From Nitrosopumilus sp. (GTDB lineage: Archaea > Thermoproteota > Nitrososphaeria > Nitrososphaerales > Nitrosopumilaceae): 64,000 bases of DNA. The notes beneath the pieces were generated by a model, which worked only from the letters and a program-made list of their open reading frames with translations, made no database searches and was not told the origin of the DNA. Shown in pieces: positions 39,688 through 50,431 of this stretch. The stretch's first letter is position 1; every line of letters begins with the position of its first letter. Location: positions 1,312,001 through 1,376,000 of the forward strand of contig OZ252243.1 in the NCBI GenBank assembly GCA_965249555.1, in the 5' to 3' direction. The position numbers and the translations under genes are program-made.

Positions 39688-39969
39688 ATGAGTCGTACTT
39701 GCACAAAATGTAAAAATTCTATTCCTGATAATGAACAACTTGGCATTGTTGCTGAGAAATACCCTACTTGTAACAAATGTTGGGCTGAATGGAAAGAATA
39801 CCAAGTAATGGTAATGAATGAAATGAAACTCGATATGTCTATGCTTGATCATAGAAAATTATTAAAAAAACATGAAAAGATCTTCGTAGGCGTATTATCT
39901 TCTGAGGGAGAAATAATCGATTACTCAAATGAAGATAATAGAAAGCCTGATGAACCTCCAGGTGCCTAA
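39688..39969 (+). CDS. YggX-like Fe(II)-trafficking/oxidative damage protein
   Basis: C..CW.EW..YQ.MVMNE.KLD pattern. Confidence 0.75.
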   Translation: MSRTCTKCKNSIPDNEQLGIVAEKYPTCNKCWAEWKEYQVMVMNEMKLDMSMLDHRKLLKKHEKIFVGVLSSEGEIIDYSNEDNRKPDEPPGA

Positions 39970-40472
39970 AACTTCAAGTGTTTTTTAGCATTATCTGGTA
40001 TTATCATCAGAATCTTTCTTTTTTCAACTTCATCTAGATTATTGATGATTTTTTTAATCGTTTCAGCAAGAATTTCTTTTTCATTTTTCTCTAATGTTAA
40101 AAATATTTCTAGAATTCCATCCAAATGAAAATTGATTAATTTTTGTGGAGATCGTGATACTTCAATTATATATGCTGAAAATAGTCCATCTCTTTGCTCC
40201 TCTGAAAGAGTTGTTAAAATTTTCAGCCATGATCTGAAAAGCTTAGAAAAATTGGGAAACGGAATAGTTGGCCCTGCTTCTAATGCATTGTTTATTATCT
40301 CTGTTCTTTCAGATTCAGATAACGAAAAAAATTCCACCATTCTTTTTTTCAAAATTGGATTTCTTAAAAAGTCTGGAAGACTAGCCAAGTTAATTATAAT
40401 ATTTCCAGCAAAATTTTCTTCTACCATCGATCTAAAAGAATTTCTATCTGATATTAAATCATGTGCAAACAC
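39966..40472 (-). CDS. hypothetical protein
   Basis: 168-aa helical ORF. Confidence 0.7.
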   Translation of the reverse strand: MFAHDLISDRNSFRSMVEENFAGNIIINLASLPDFLRNPILKKRMVEFFSLSESERTEIINNALEAGPTIPFPNFSKLFRSWLKILTTLSEEQRDGLFSAYIIEVSRSPQKLINFHLDGILEIFLTLEKNEKEILAETIKKIINNLDEVEKRKILMIIPDNAKKHLKF

Positions 40473-40507
40473 TTTAGCTTAAATAAACGAAATAGAATCT
40501 CAACAGC

Positions 40508-41509
40508 ATGACATCAACTGTTGTTGTTGGCGGATTTTTTGGAGATGAAGGTAAAGGAAAGATCATCTCATATTTGGCTATCAAAGATAATCCAAAAATC
40601 ATAGTACGTGGCGGTGCTGGTCCAAATGCTGGCCATACAATTAGAGATGGTGATAAAGTATACAAAGTTAGAATGCTTCCAAGCGGATTTCTTAATAAAG
40701 ATGCTAAAGTAATGATTGGTCCTGGAGTCGTTATCAATCCAGATATTTTGAAAAAAGAAATTCAAGATTTTAATGCGTCAGGACGTTTGTTTATTGATAA
40801 ACACTGTGGTATTATCGAAGAAACTCATCTAACGCGAGATTCTAAAGGTGAACTAAAAGAAAAAATTGGAAGTACTGGCTCTGGTACTGGTCCTGCTAAT
40901 GCAGATAGGGCTATGAGAGTTTTAAAACTAGCAAAAGACATTGACTCTTTATCTTCACTCATCGTAGATGTCCCCCAGGAAATAAATTCTGCACTTTCTG
41001 CAAATGAGAATGTACTGGTGGAAGGTACACAAGGAACTTTTCTTTCTTTATGGCATGGAACATATCCGTTTGTGACCTCAAAAGATGTTACTGCATCTGG
41101 AATATGTGCTGATGTTGGTCTTGGTCCTACCAAAGTTGATGAGGTAATTGTTGTTTTCAAATCATATGTCACGCGTGTTGGAACTGGTCCTCTTGAGAAC
41201 GAGCTCTCACTAGATGAGGCTGAAAAAAAAGGATGGTCAGAATTTGGTACTGTAACTGGTCGTCAGAGGCGTGCAGCTGATTTTGATTTTGATTTAGCTA
41301 GGCGTGCAATCATGCTTAATGGTGCAACACAAATCTCTATAACAAAATTAGATGTTCTTTTTCCTGATTGTGCTGGTGAAACTTTATTTGATAATATATC
41401 TAAAGATGCAAAAGCATTCATAAAAAATATTGAAGATGAATTAAACACGCCTGTAACAATCATTGGAACTGGTCCAGATACTAATGATGTCATCGATAGA
41501 AGAAGTTAG
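40508..41509 (+). CDS. purA: adenylosuccinate synthetase (short archaeal type)
   Basis: GDEGKGK, GPNAGHT, EGTQG, GTYPFVTS, GTVTGR.RR, TKLD. Confidence 0.97.
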   Translation: MTSTVVVGGFFGDEGKGKIISYLAIKDNPKIIVRGGAGPNAGHTIRDGDKVYKVRMLPSGFLNKDAKVMIGPGVVINPDILKKEIQDFNASGRLFIDKHCGIIEETHLTRDSKGELKEKIGSTGSGTGPANADRAMRVLKLAKDIDSLSSLIVDVPQEINSALSANENVLVEGTQGTFLSLWHGTYPFVTSKDVTASGICADVGLGPTKVDEVIVVFKSYVTRVGTGPLENELSLDEAEKKGWSEFGTVTGRQRRAADFDFDLARRAIMLNGATQISITKLDVLFPDCAGETLFDNISKDAKAFIKNIEDELNTPVTIIGTGPDTNDVIDRRS

Positions 41510-41558
41510 GCTCCAAAGTTTTGGATAAGTTTAATTTGATTATCTACAGAAAACCTCT

Positions 41559-42245
41559 ATGAACAAATTACAAACTTCTTCTGATGATAAATTACCACGT
41601 TACATTCAAGTAAATTCACCTTTGGAATTCTCTAGACTTGTTTGTGCACTTGAGCGTGCACCACGTGTATCTTTCTTACATGATTATAATGGGCAAAAAA
41701 TTTTATCCGTACAAATGGACATTCTTAAAGAAAAACCAATTGTATATTATACTCATCTAGAAAATATCGGTCATTATCTTTGCTATGGATTAAAAGGAGG
41801 AAAAGAAGAATCTGAAATTGTAAATACCACTTCTGATGCAAGCAAACTTTATTCTCCTATAGTTAAAATTAAATCTCTTCCAAAAACTTTGAGACCCGGT
41901 AATGGAACTCTTGATAGATATCAACCAATTGAATTAGAGGACATGTCCAGTCTTGCAAAACTCACTTGGGGTTTTGATGAAATCCCTTTCCCATTATTTC
42001 TATTTCCACACAATGACAAATGGCTTATTGGGGTTTTCATGAATTTTAATGAAGAAGGAACATCCTACTTTTGCCATGTAGTTTTAGATAGCGATCCACA
42101 AAAGCCTTTCATAAAATTTTCACCAGCTAATGGTTCTGAACCTAGTTTTGTAGAAAATCCATCTGAACATGGTTATTCCTATATCAAAATAATAAAATTA
42201 AAAGACACACATCCGTTAGTTGATTATGGTCACCTTCAAAACTAG
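41559..42245 (+). CDS. hypothetical protein
   Basis: 228-aa ORF between purA and pyrF. Confidence 0.75.
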   Translation: MNKLQTSSDDKLPRYIQVNSPLEFSRLVCALERAPRVSFLHDYNGQKILSVQMDILKEKPIVYYTHLENIGHYLCYGLKGGKEESEIVNTTSDASKLYSPIVKIKSLPKTLRPGNGTLDRYQPIELEDMSSLAKLTWGFDEIPFPLFLFPHNDKWLIGVFMNFNEEGTSYFCHVVLDSDPQKPFIKFSPANGSEPSFVENPSEHGYSYIKIIKLKDTHPLVDYGHLQN

Positions 42246-42966
42246 ACTTTCAAAATCCTCAAAAACACATGGAAACGTGATTCTTGCAAATGATTATGAT
42301 CTCTCAGTCAAAAACTTAGAAACAAAAACTATTGAAAATATCAAACAATTACATCCTTTTCTGTGTGGAATTAAACTAAATTTTCATTTACTTCTTCCTC
42401 TGAGTGGTAAAGAAATTCTCAAAATCAACAAAACAGCTCATAGATATGGTTTACAAACAATTGCAGACATTAAACTCAATGATATTGGAAATACTAATCA
42501 AATAACAACTGAGAATCTTTGGAATTTAGGATTTGATGCAGTTATTGCAAATCCAATAATGGGTCTTGATAGTCTGAAAAATCTTGTGAAATCTGCTCAT
42601 AAACATGACAAAGGCGTTATTACTTTATGTCATATGAGTGCACCAGAAGCTAAATTGTCTTATGATATGGAAGTAAAAATGGGAAAAAAACAGCAACTAT
42701 ATCAATTATTTTTGAATTGGGCTCTAACTGCCAAAGTTGATGGTATTGTGGTAGGTGCAACTTTTCCAAAAATTATTCAATATTGCGCTAAAAAAGCAGG
42801 AAAAAACTTGAGTATATTTTCTCCAGGTGTTGGTACTCAGGGTGGAAGTGCAAATGAGGTAGTATCTGCTGGAACTAATTACCTGATTGTTGGCAGAACT
42901 ATCCTTAATGCTAAAAATCCTGCAAGTGTGGCAGAGACATTACAGCTACAGAGTCTTGGTAAGTAG
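42220..42966 (+). CDS. pyrF: orotidine 5'-phosphate decarboxylase
   Basis: DIKLNDIGNT, VVGAT, SPGVG.QGG, IVGR. Confidence 0.93.
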   Translation: MIMVTFKTRLSKSSKTHGNVILANDYDLSVKNLETKTIENIKQLHPFLCGIKLNFHLLLPLSGKEILKINKTAHRYGLQTIADIKLNDIGNTNQITTENLWNLGFDAVIANPIMGLDSLKNLVKSAHKHDKGVITLCHMSAPEAKLSYDMEVKMGKKQQLYQLFLNWALTAKVDGIVVGATFPKIIQYCAKKAGKNLSIFSPGVGTQGGSANEVVSAGTNYLIVGRTILNAKNPASVAETLQLQSLGK

Positions 42967-43365
42967 CATTTGTGCTCTTGTTAACACCGTTTTTGCATTA
43001 TCAAATGTAGTTTTTTCCATTGATGTATTATAATCCATCCAAGTATAATCTAGATGTTCATGTGAAATTATAACTTCTTTAGTTTTTGTTTCAGCCAAGA
43101 AAAACACTACCTTCTTGCGAACTAATTCTCCCTGATATTGAAATTCATACTTGACCCATTCTTCAAAATTTTCTAAAAATGTAATATCTGTAATTCCAGT
43201 TTCTTCTTTAGCTTCTCTAATTGCGGTTTCACGAGTTGATTCTCCTTTCTCCATTTTTCCTTTTATAAAATCCCAATGTCCAGAAGGATAGTGCAATAAT
43301 AAAAACAAAATTTTTGATCCTTCTTTTCTAAATAATACAATTCCAGCAGACGTTTCTTCTATCAT
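42946..43365 (-). CDS. Nudix hydrolase (Ap4A hydrolase-like)
   Basis: GHWDF.KG..E.GE...TA.RE.KEETG, SHEH. Confidence 0.9.
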   Translation of the reverse strand: MIEETSAGIVLFRKEGSKILFLLLHYPSGHWDFIKGKMEKGESTRETAIREAKEETGITDITFLENFEEWVKYEFQYQGELVRKKVVFFLAETKTKEVIISHEHLDYTWMDYNTSMEKTTFDNAKTVLTRAQMLLTKTL

Positions 43366-44153
43366 TTTCCTAACCTTCTTTTCCTTTCTTGAAAAGTTCT
43401 AATTGCTCTCATTAAATCAATTTTTCTAAACTCTGGCCAAAAAATATCCATAAAGACTAGTTCACTGTAGGCACTTTGCCACATCAGAAATCCGCTTAGT
43501 CTCTTCTCTCCTGATGTTCGTAAAACCATATCTGGAGATGGTTGTGGTAAGTGTGATGTGTAAAGATTTGATTCAATTTCTTTTTTGTTAATATCATCTA
43601 CCTTTAAAGAACCATCTTTGATTTTTTCTCCTATTTTCTTAACTGCATCTACTAATTCATACTGCCCTCCATATGCCAATGCAATATTTAGAAAATGATT
43701 ATCATAATTTTTCGTAGCATCATCTAATCGTTTTAAAACATCTTTGATCGAATCTGGTAATAATTCAATTCTTCCAATACCTTTGACTCTCATTTTGCAT
43801 CTGTGAATTCTAGGATCATTGTATAATTTCTCCAATCTCATACGAATTAATTCATAGATGTGCTCCAATTCTTCATCGTTTCTGTCCAAATTCTCTGCTG
43901 AAAGTGCGTATAATGTAACAATTTTGATATCAAATTCTTCACACCAATCAAGAAGGTTTTCTACTGCATCAGCTCCTTTCCAGTGACCTGTTTTTGGTAG
44001 GGCTAGGTGCATTTTAGCCCATCTTCTATTTCCATCTAAAATTAGAGCAACATGATTTGGAATATCTCCATTTTTAACTTCATTTTCTAATCTCTTTCCA
44101 TAGATCTTGTAGATTCCTGTTAACTGAAAAATCACCTCTAATATTTTGCTCAT
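43362..44153 (-). CDS. uppS: cis-prenyltransferase (UppS family)
   Basis: ILDGNRRWA, YALSAEN..R, YGG, RTSGEKRLSGF..WQ.AYSE. Confidence 0.93.
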   Translation of the reverse strand: MSKILEVIFQLTGIYKIYGKRLENEVKNGDIPNHVALILDGNRRWAKMHLALPKTGHWKGADAVENLLDWCEEFDIKIVTLYALSAENLDRNDEELEHIYELIRMRLEKLYNDPRIHRCKMRVKGIGRIELLPDSIKDVLKRLDDATKNYDNHFLNIALAYGGQYELVDAVKKIGEKIKDGSLKVDDINKKEIESNLYTSHLPQPSPDMVLRTSGEKRLSGFLMWQSAYSELVFMDIFWPEFRKIDLMRAIRTFQERKRRLGK

Positions 44154-44239
44154 GTCATATCACCTTTTGATGATTAATACATAATTGAAGATATCAGTGT
44201 TTTTCTAAAATTCATTTTTATGATGATTTGGGACTAAAT

Positions 44240-45385
44240 TTAGTCTGAAACCATCTCTTGATCTTTATGTTTTCTGTATTTCTTAAAGAGAATCGTGGCT
44301 GAAATCAAAGTTGCGGCTAGTCCTCCTAACAGAGGTGGAATTAATGTAAATGAACTTTCATCATAAATTATTATGTTGGTAAATTGTGATATAATAGGAT
44401 AAAGTGCTGCTAAAACAATAATTCTTAGAATATCACTTATTTGTCTTGGAACTCCGCCAATCCAATTACTGAGCAATATTCCAGCTACTATTGCACCCAT
44501 TCCAATCCATAAGATTGGTAATGCACCTGCAACAAATTGACCAATTATTACTTTATCTGTAATTATTGTAATTAATTCTGGATTATCTTCAATTAACTCA
44601 GAATCAACTGTACTTATTCCAGCTGGTACTGAAGAAAGAATTAATAATATTCCTGCAACCATTGTAAAAATTCTGATAAAACCCATCGGAGTTGGTTTTG
44701 ACCAATTTGACCATGCTCTATCAATATCAAATGCTCTAATCAAGAATGCTCCACCCAAAATACTTACAAGAACAGCAAATATTTCTGTAGTAAAATCAAA
44801 CACACTTGCAATTCCACCAATTAACAAAAGAATTCCTGGAACTCCTAAAAAGAACTTTGAATATCTCGAGTCATAAGCAATCATTTTTAGATATTTTCCA
44901 AAAACTGCATACGAGTACTCTACACTTCTACTTACCTTCATTACAACACGTTGTACAGAGACAACTGGTAGAACATTTTGAATTACTGGAATAACACTTT
45001 CATCGTCTTCACCATCAGAAACAATAACTGCGCCATTGGCAGAAAATTTTTCTAAAACCTTTTTTGTCTCAGCAAGAATTTTTTCATCAGCCTGAACTCC
45101 TCTGTTCTTAACTCCTGCAACAGTTATTACTTCAACTTTGTACCCTTTACTGATTAAATCTTCATATGTTTTGATTGCAGCAAAAATTGAATTTGAATCC
45201 GCATCCTCAGGGTCTTCCAAAGCTAGTCTTTGTGCTGCCTCAATACATGCATCTCTACCTACTACTGGTGTGACAATTCCTGCTTTTTCTCCTACATCAT
45301 TATCTCTATCAATACAAATTACAAGTAATTTGTTAGCAGTGGAAGCATTGACATCATTTTCCACCTTATCTGACTGTTGGGACAT
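44240..45385 (-). CDS. DUF373 family membrane protein
   Basis: ICIDRDNDVG.K, DPEDADSN, VSDGEDDE, C-terminal TMs. Confidence 0.85.
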   Translation of the reverse strand: MSQQSDKVENDVNASTANKLLVICIDRDNDVGEKAGIVTPVVGRDACIEAAQRLALEDPEDADSNSIFAAIKTYEDLISKGYKVEVITVAGVKNRGVQADEKILAETKKVLEKFSANGAVIVSDGEDDESVIPVIQNVLPVVSVQRVVMKVSRSVEYSYAVFGKYLKMIAYDSRYSKFFLGVPGILLLIGGIASVFDFTTEIFAVLVSILGGAFLIRAFDIDRAWSNWSKPTPMGFIRIFTMVAGILLILSSVPAGISTVDSELIEDNPELITIITDKVIIGQFVAGALPILWIGMGAIVAGILLSNWIGGVPRQISDILRIIVLAALYPIISQFTNIIIYDESSFTLIPPLLGGLAATLISATILFKKYRKHKDQEMVSD

Positions 45386-45456
45386 TCTAATGTTTATTAC
45401 AAAATTGCTTTTTAACGATTTCCAACAAGTATTATTAGTAAAATTCGGTTTTGAGG

Positions 45457-45957
45457 CTAGTCCGGTCTTGACTCATCAGACATTTTGACATATTCCAAAT
45501 ATTCTACTTTTAATGATTCTATTTTTTGTAAGGTTTCATCCATCTCTGCTTCTGTACTTCCTTTTTCGATCATATTGGCTAAAACTTTGGTTTCTACAAT
45601 GTGAGAATTGAATTTTTTCATTGCATTCATATAACTAATGTAACTATCTACCCATTCTTCAGGCGGTTTTGATGTCACAAATTCACTTATTTGAGTAGTT
45701 GTTTGAGATGATGTTACTTCTGTTATTTCGATATAGTTTTCTGGAGAAATTTCCCCATTTAGTAGATTTTGATATTCAATATTGATTGATTCTTGTAAAA
45801 CTTCGTGGATCTTTATTACCCCATCAAGATAGTTACCATAATCTGATATCACAAATGTTGCTTCATTGTCTTGTGGAACTATCCATGACAGAAAGCTTAC
45901 ACCTGTGATTATAGCTAATATTGTGACTGTGATTATAATTCCCTTTTTTGATGCCAT
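45457..45957 (-). CDS. membrane-anchored hypothetical protein
   Basis: N-terminal TM, helical body. Confidence 0.75.
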   Translation of the reverse strand: MASKKGIIITVTILAIITGVSFLSWIVPQDNEATFVISDYGNYLDGVIKIHEVLQESINIEYQNLLNGEISPENYIEITEVTSSQTTTQISEFVTSKPPEEWVDSYISYMNAMKKFNSHIVETKVLANMIEKGSTEAEMDETLQKIESLKVEYLEYVKMSDESRPD

Positions 45958-46208
45958 TTTGTGACTTTACAATTAGGGAGTTTATAACTGATAATCTTTT
46001 AAAAAATCATCACTTGTTAAATAAATATTAGAAAAAAAACTCTTATTGTATAACTCTGACCATAATTTTTCAAAAAACACTTACATTCATTAAAATTTTT
46101 GACAATTATTGTTTTTTTACACCTAAAAAAATTTACGCGTATCTAGTCTATAGTTAAATAATTTTCACAGCCTCTTCCTAAATACCACCAAGTTTGACAA
46201 ATTTTAGA

Positions 46209-46355
46209 ATGGTTACAGCATATTGCGTAAAATGCAGAGAAAAAAGGGACATTAAAGATCCCGAGGAAACTAAACTAAAGAATGGACGTCCTGCCGTAAA
46301 AGGTACATGTCCTACATGTGGAACTAAAGTTTTCCGTATAGGAAAAATGGAATAA
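46209..46355 (+). CDS. small zinc-ribbon protein (DUF5679-like, 48 aa)
   Basis: MVTAYCVKCREKR...KNGRPAVKGTCPTCGTKVFRIG. Confidence 0.85.
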   Translation: MVTAYCVKCREKRDIKDPEETKLKNGRPAVKGTCPTCGTKVFRIGKME

Positions 46356-46422
46356 TCTATAAAAAATCCACACGATTTCTCTTTTTCAAAACCCATATAG
46401 GGTCTAACATGAATTATTTTTC

Positions 46423-46845
46423 GTGACTAAAGCAAAATATGAAAGTCTACTCAAACGCATTCAGACTAAACTAGGTGATTCCAAAAAAGAATCTTCAACC
46501 AGATTCGAGCTTCCAGTTGTGGATGTAATGTGGGAAGGCCAAAAGACTTTTTTACGTAATTTTTCAGAATTCCCAAAAATTCTACGAAGAGATCCAGATA
46601 AAGTTCTTCAATATCTCTCAAAAGAGTTTGCAGTTCCTGCTGAAAGATTAGGAGATAAGGCAATGTTTGTAGGAAGACGAGCCCCTGATGATTTCACTAG
46701 ATTATTCCAAATCTATGTGAAAGATTATCTTGAATGTCGTACATGCAAAAGTCCTGATACAAAAATCACAAAAGAAAACCGTATCTCATTTTTACTTTGT
46801 GAAGCTTGTGGTGCAAAATCTGCTCTAAAAGGTAAATATGCATAA
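46423..46845 (+). CDS. eif2b: translation initiation factor aIF-2 beta
   Basis: KT.LRNF, LRRDP, C..CKSPDT, CEACGA. Confidence 0.93.
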   Translation: MTKAKYESLLKRIQTKLGDSKKESSTRFELPVVDVMWEGQKTFLRNFSEFPKILRRDPDKVLQYLSKEFAVPAERLGDKAMFVGRRAPDDFTRLFQIYVKDYLECRTCKSPDTKITKENRISFLLCEACGAKSALKGKYA

Positions 46846-47141
46846 TGCAATTCTCAGTAAAAGTTTCTAATTATCAAAAAAATACAATGCTCAATATCTG
46901 TGATGTTGAACTATTGGGGAAACAAATTTCTCAAGATGAATTAAACATGAAAATCAGTGAAAGCTATTATGGAGAAAAATTAGTTGATACAGAAGAAGCA
47001 TCATTATTATTAAAAAATTCTTCAATTATTAACATGGTCGGAAAAAAAGTAATTTCTCTATCAATAGAACTTGGGATTGGTTCTGAAAATGGCATTAAAA
47101 CAATATCCGATGTTCCTTTTCTAATTGTTTTTAAAATATAG
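46845..47141 (+). CDS. DUF424 family protein
   Basis: ICD.ELLG, YYG, INMVG; usual neighbour of aIF2-beta. Confidence 0.82.
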   Translation: MQFSVKVSNYQKNTMLNICDVELLGKQISQDELNMKISESYYGEKLVDTEEASLLLKNSSIINMVGKKVISLSIELGIGSENGIKTISDVPFLIVFKI

Positions 47142-47209
47142 AGTGCATTATGATTTCATTTTTGATCATAAAAGAAATCCATTTTATCTAGTAGGAGTAA
47201 AATTCTGTA

Positions 47210-48001
47210 ATGTCTGATGATATTGATGATGATGTTAGTAGAAAATTAGAATCTAAAATAGATAATAAATTAGCATCAAAATCTAAACGAAAACATTTGG
47301 AAGATGGTTTCAAAAAAGGAAAAGTTGTCAATGAAGTTTTAGACAAACCTACTGTCATGACTCTCTACAAAATGATCAAAGATCACATTATTGCATATGT
47401 TAATGGCTCTATAAGTGCTGGAAAGGAATCAGTTGTTTTTTGGGGTGTTGATGAACATGACGTTAGCGTTGCTTTGAAAATTTATTTAGTGAGCACTTCA
47501 AATTTTAAAAAACGTGAACCCTATATTCTTGGCGATCCTAGATTCTCACGTCTAAAAAAAGGTACAAAGAATCTAGTTTATTTATGGGCAAGAAAGGAAT
47601 TTCGTAATTTATCTCAGTGTTATGATGCCGGAATTCCTGTTCCTCAGCCACTATATGTTACAAATAATGTGCTTGCAATGGATTTTGTGGGACAAAATGG
47701 TGCTCCTGAAAAGTCTTTGTTATATTCAGAGGTAGATGAAGATGATTATAAACAAGCAATCTCAATTATCAAAGATCTCTATCATAAAGCAAAACTGGTT
47801 CATAGTGATTATTCGGAATACAATATTTTCAAAACAGAAAATGGTTTGGTAGTTTTTGATTTAGGTTCTGCAGTCGATCTTAGACATCCTAATGCTCTGG
47901 AATTTCTTAAAAGAGATATTTATAACATAAATAGATTCTTCAATAAAAGAGGAATTTCTGTTGAAGATCAAAATATCGTATTTGAGGACATTGTAAAATG
48001 A
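47210..48001 (+). CDS. rio1: RIO1 family kinase
   Basis: SAGKES.V, KIY, WA.KEF.NL, LVH.D.SEYNI, D.GSAV. Confidence 0.92.
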   Translation: MSDDIDDDVSRKLESKIDNKLASKSKRKHLEDGFKKGKVVNEVLDKPTVMTLYKMIKDHIIAYVNGSISAGKESVVFWGVDEHDVSVALKIYLVSTSNFKKREPYILGDPRFSRLKKGTKNLVYLWARKEFRNLSQCYDAGIPVPQPLYVTNNVLAMDFVGQNGAPEKSLLYSEVDEDDYKQAISIIKDLYHKAKLVHSDYSEYNIFKTENGLVVFDLGSAVDLRHPNALEFLKRDIYNINRFFNKRGISVEDQNIVFEDIVK

Positions 48002-48555
48002 GCTTTGAAAAATTAATTCGTATTCCAAATGATAGAATAGCTGTTTTGATTGGGAAATCAGGTAATGTAAAATCAAAAATTGAAAAATTATGTCATGTCT
48101 TATTGGATATTGATGGTGATACAGGAGAAGTTTTGATAAAATCTCAAGGAGATATTGAAAATATTCAACCATTCAAAGCACAAGAAATTGTTACAGCAAT
48201 TGGTCGAGGTTTTTCACCTGAAAATGCTTTGACTTTGTTAAATGGCGAAAATGCATTGCATGTAATAGATCTTCGAGAGTTTGCAGGAAAGTCTAGTGCA
48301 AATGTTGAAAGGATAAAAGGGAGAATTATTGGAGAAGGTGGTAGAGCAAGGCGAAATATGGAAAATCTTAGTGGTACGCATATCTCAGTTTATGGAAGAA
48401 CTGTTTCAATTATTGGAGATTCAAGTAAATTACGAATAGCTGTTGATGCAATATCTGCTATTTCAAGTGGAAGTAACCATGGTCCAGTATATACTAAATT
48501 GGAAGCTGCAAATAGACAAGCAAAACAAGAAAAAATGAAATTGTGGGAAGATTAA
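47998..48555 (+). CDS. KH-domain pre-rRNA processing protein (Dim2/Pno1)
   Basis: LIGKSG, AIGRGF, GRIIG.GG KH loops. Confidence 0.9.
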   Translation: MSFEKLIRIPNDRIAVLIGKSGNVKSKIEKLCHVLLDIDGDTGEVLIKSQGDIENIQPFKAQEIVTAIGRGFSPENALTLLNGENALHVIDLREFAGKSSANVERIKGRIIGEGGRARRNMENLSGTHISVYGRTVSIIGDSSKLRIAVDAISAISSGSNHGPVYTKLEAANRQAKQEKMKLWED

Positions 48556-48556
48556 G

Positions 48557-50431
48557 ATGTCTTCCATAAAAGAAAAATTTAATCAAATATCTCCTAGTGA
48601 GTTCTTTTACAGCAATCGTGATTTAGCTGGTTTTAGTAATCCTACACGCTCCCTTTACACTGCAGTCAGAGAATTTGTTGAAAATTCATTAGATGCATGT
48701 GATCAAAAAGGGATTCTTCCAGATGTTCATTTAACAATAAAAGCTGTTGATCCTGAAAAATCTGATCCTAAACCCTATATTTTGACTGTTAAGGATAATG
48801 GTCCTGGTGTAGATTCAAAACATATTCCTCTTGCATTTGGAACTATCCTTTATGGTTCCAAATTTGGACTCAAACAAGCTAGAGGTATGTTTGGACTTGG
48901 TGCAACCATGGCAATTTTGTATGGTCAAATTACAACTAACAAACCAGTTACAGTGAAAAGTTCTACAGATGGAAAAATACAAGATGAATTTGAACTATTA
49001 TTGGACATTCAAAAAAATAAACCTATTATTGTAAAACATAAAACAAAAGAAATTTCCAAACATGGACTTTCTGTGAGCATTTGTTTGGAAGGTGATTACT
49101 CTAAAGCGGGTACAAAAATTCGAGATTATGTCTATGAAACTTCTTTGATTACCCCTTATGCAACAATAACTTTTGATGATCCTAAAGGACAAAAATTCCA
49201 TCATCCAAGATTTGTAAAAAATATACCTCCACCTCCAACAATAATTCGACCTCATCCACATGGTATTGATGTTGAAAGAATTCGAAGAATGATAGTTGAA
49301 TCACTATTTGAAATACCAAACATTGATGATGCTATGATTGAAAAAATGAGAAAAGATTTAGGATTGTCAAAGAAAAATCTTAGTTTTGCTACAATTATGG
49401 AAAAAGCAAGGAAAAAAGGGAAAGCTCTTCCACGTCAAACTCGAGTAGTAATTGCTTTGATGTCGTTTCTAAAAATGGATTTTGAAAAATTAAACAAAAT
49501 TAGAATTGAAGATATTGATGTACCTAACAAAAAATTATTTTACTGGGATTTTGGTGATTCACAATCAAAATCAGTTGATATGGATTCTGAAAGTCCTTAT
49601 TACAATTTATTATCTCATACAGTTCAAGGTGAACCCCTCACTACATTTTTGACTAAAAGATTCCAACGTGTAGGTCCTACTACTGCAGTCAAATTTGCAA
49701 AATTTGCAAAATTCAAGCCTGAAAAACGAATGGGTACAATGACAAACCAAGAGTTGGTTAATCTCAGTAATTCACTCCAAACATTTGAAGATTTTATGGC
49801 TCCAGATTCAAATTGTCTTGCACCCCTAGGGGCAGAACCCCTAGAAAAAGGAATCAAGAAATTCTTTAGTCCTGATTTCACTGCTGTAGTTCAACGTCCA
49901 GCATCTGCATATTCTGGATTTCCTTTCATAATTGAGATGGGTATTGCTTATGGTGGTGAAATTAAATCTGGTGGACCACATGTTTACAGATTTGCCAACA
50001 GAATTCCATTGCTTTATGATGAAGGAAGTGATGTAGTTCTCAAAGTTGTAAATGATGCTGATTGGGGTAGATACAAAGTAAAAGGTGAACCTCCGTTTGT
50101 CATTGTGTCTCATATTTGTTCTACTAGAATTCCGTATAAAACGGCAGGAAAAGAAAATGTTGCTGACAGACCAGAAATTGAACGAGAGTTAAGATTGGCA
50201 TTGCAATTATTATCAAGAAAATTGGCAGCATATATGTCAAAAAGAGGCCAAGCTGAAATGGCAAAAAAGAGATCTAATCTTTATGCAAAATATATTCCAA
50301 TGATTGCAGAGTTTTGTACAGAACTTGCTGGCAAGAAAAAAGAACCTAATTACAAGAAAATATTAGAAGAAGCAAATTCAATTGAACCTAAAAAAATAGT
50401 AGAGGAGGAAAAACCAATTGAAAACAAGTAA
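48557..50431 (+). CDS. top6B: DNA topoisomerase VI subunit B
   Basis: EFVENSLDA, DNGPG, GSKF..KQ.RG.FG.G, RFANRIPL. Confidence 0.96.
   Translation: MSSIKEKFNQISPSEFFYSNRDLAGFSNPTRSLYTAVREFVENSLDACDQKGILPDVHLTIKAVDPEKSDPKPYILTVKDNGPGVDSKHIPLAFGTILYGSKFGLKQARGMFGLGATMAILYGQITTNKPVTVKSSTDGKIQDEFELLLDIQKNKPIIVKHKTKEISKHGLSVSICLEGDYSKAGTKIRDYVYETSLITPYATITFDDPKGQKFHHPRFVKNIPPPPTIIRPHPHGIDVERIRRMIVESLFEIPNIDDAMIEKMRKDLGLSKKNLSFATIMEKARKKGKALPRQTRVVIALMSFLKMDFEKLNKIRIEDIDVPNKKLFYWDFGDSQSKSVDMDSESPYYNLLSHTVQGEPLTTFLTKRFQRVGPTTAVKFAKFAKFKPEKRMGTMTNQELVNLSNSLQTFEDFMAPDSNCLAPLGAEPLEKGIKKFFSPDFTAVVQRPASAYSGFPFIIEMGIAYGGEIKSGGPHVYRFANRIPLLYDEGSDVVLKVVNDADWGRYKVKGEPPFVIVSHICSTRIPYKTAGKENVADRPEIERELRLALQLLSRKLAAYMSKRGQAEMAKKRSNLYAKYIPMIAEFCTELAGKKKEPNYKKILEEANSIEPKKIVEEEKPIENK

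Noticed and set aside
44168-44248. C/D box sRNA (TGATGA...TGATGA...CTGA)
   Set aside because: Spacing atypical, no clear D' box, overlaps a CDS end; motifs are common in AT-rich DNA.
46180-46192. 13-mer AAATACCACCAAG shared with 23565-23577
   Set aside because: Isolated short match with no arm or core context; expected by chance.
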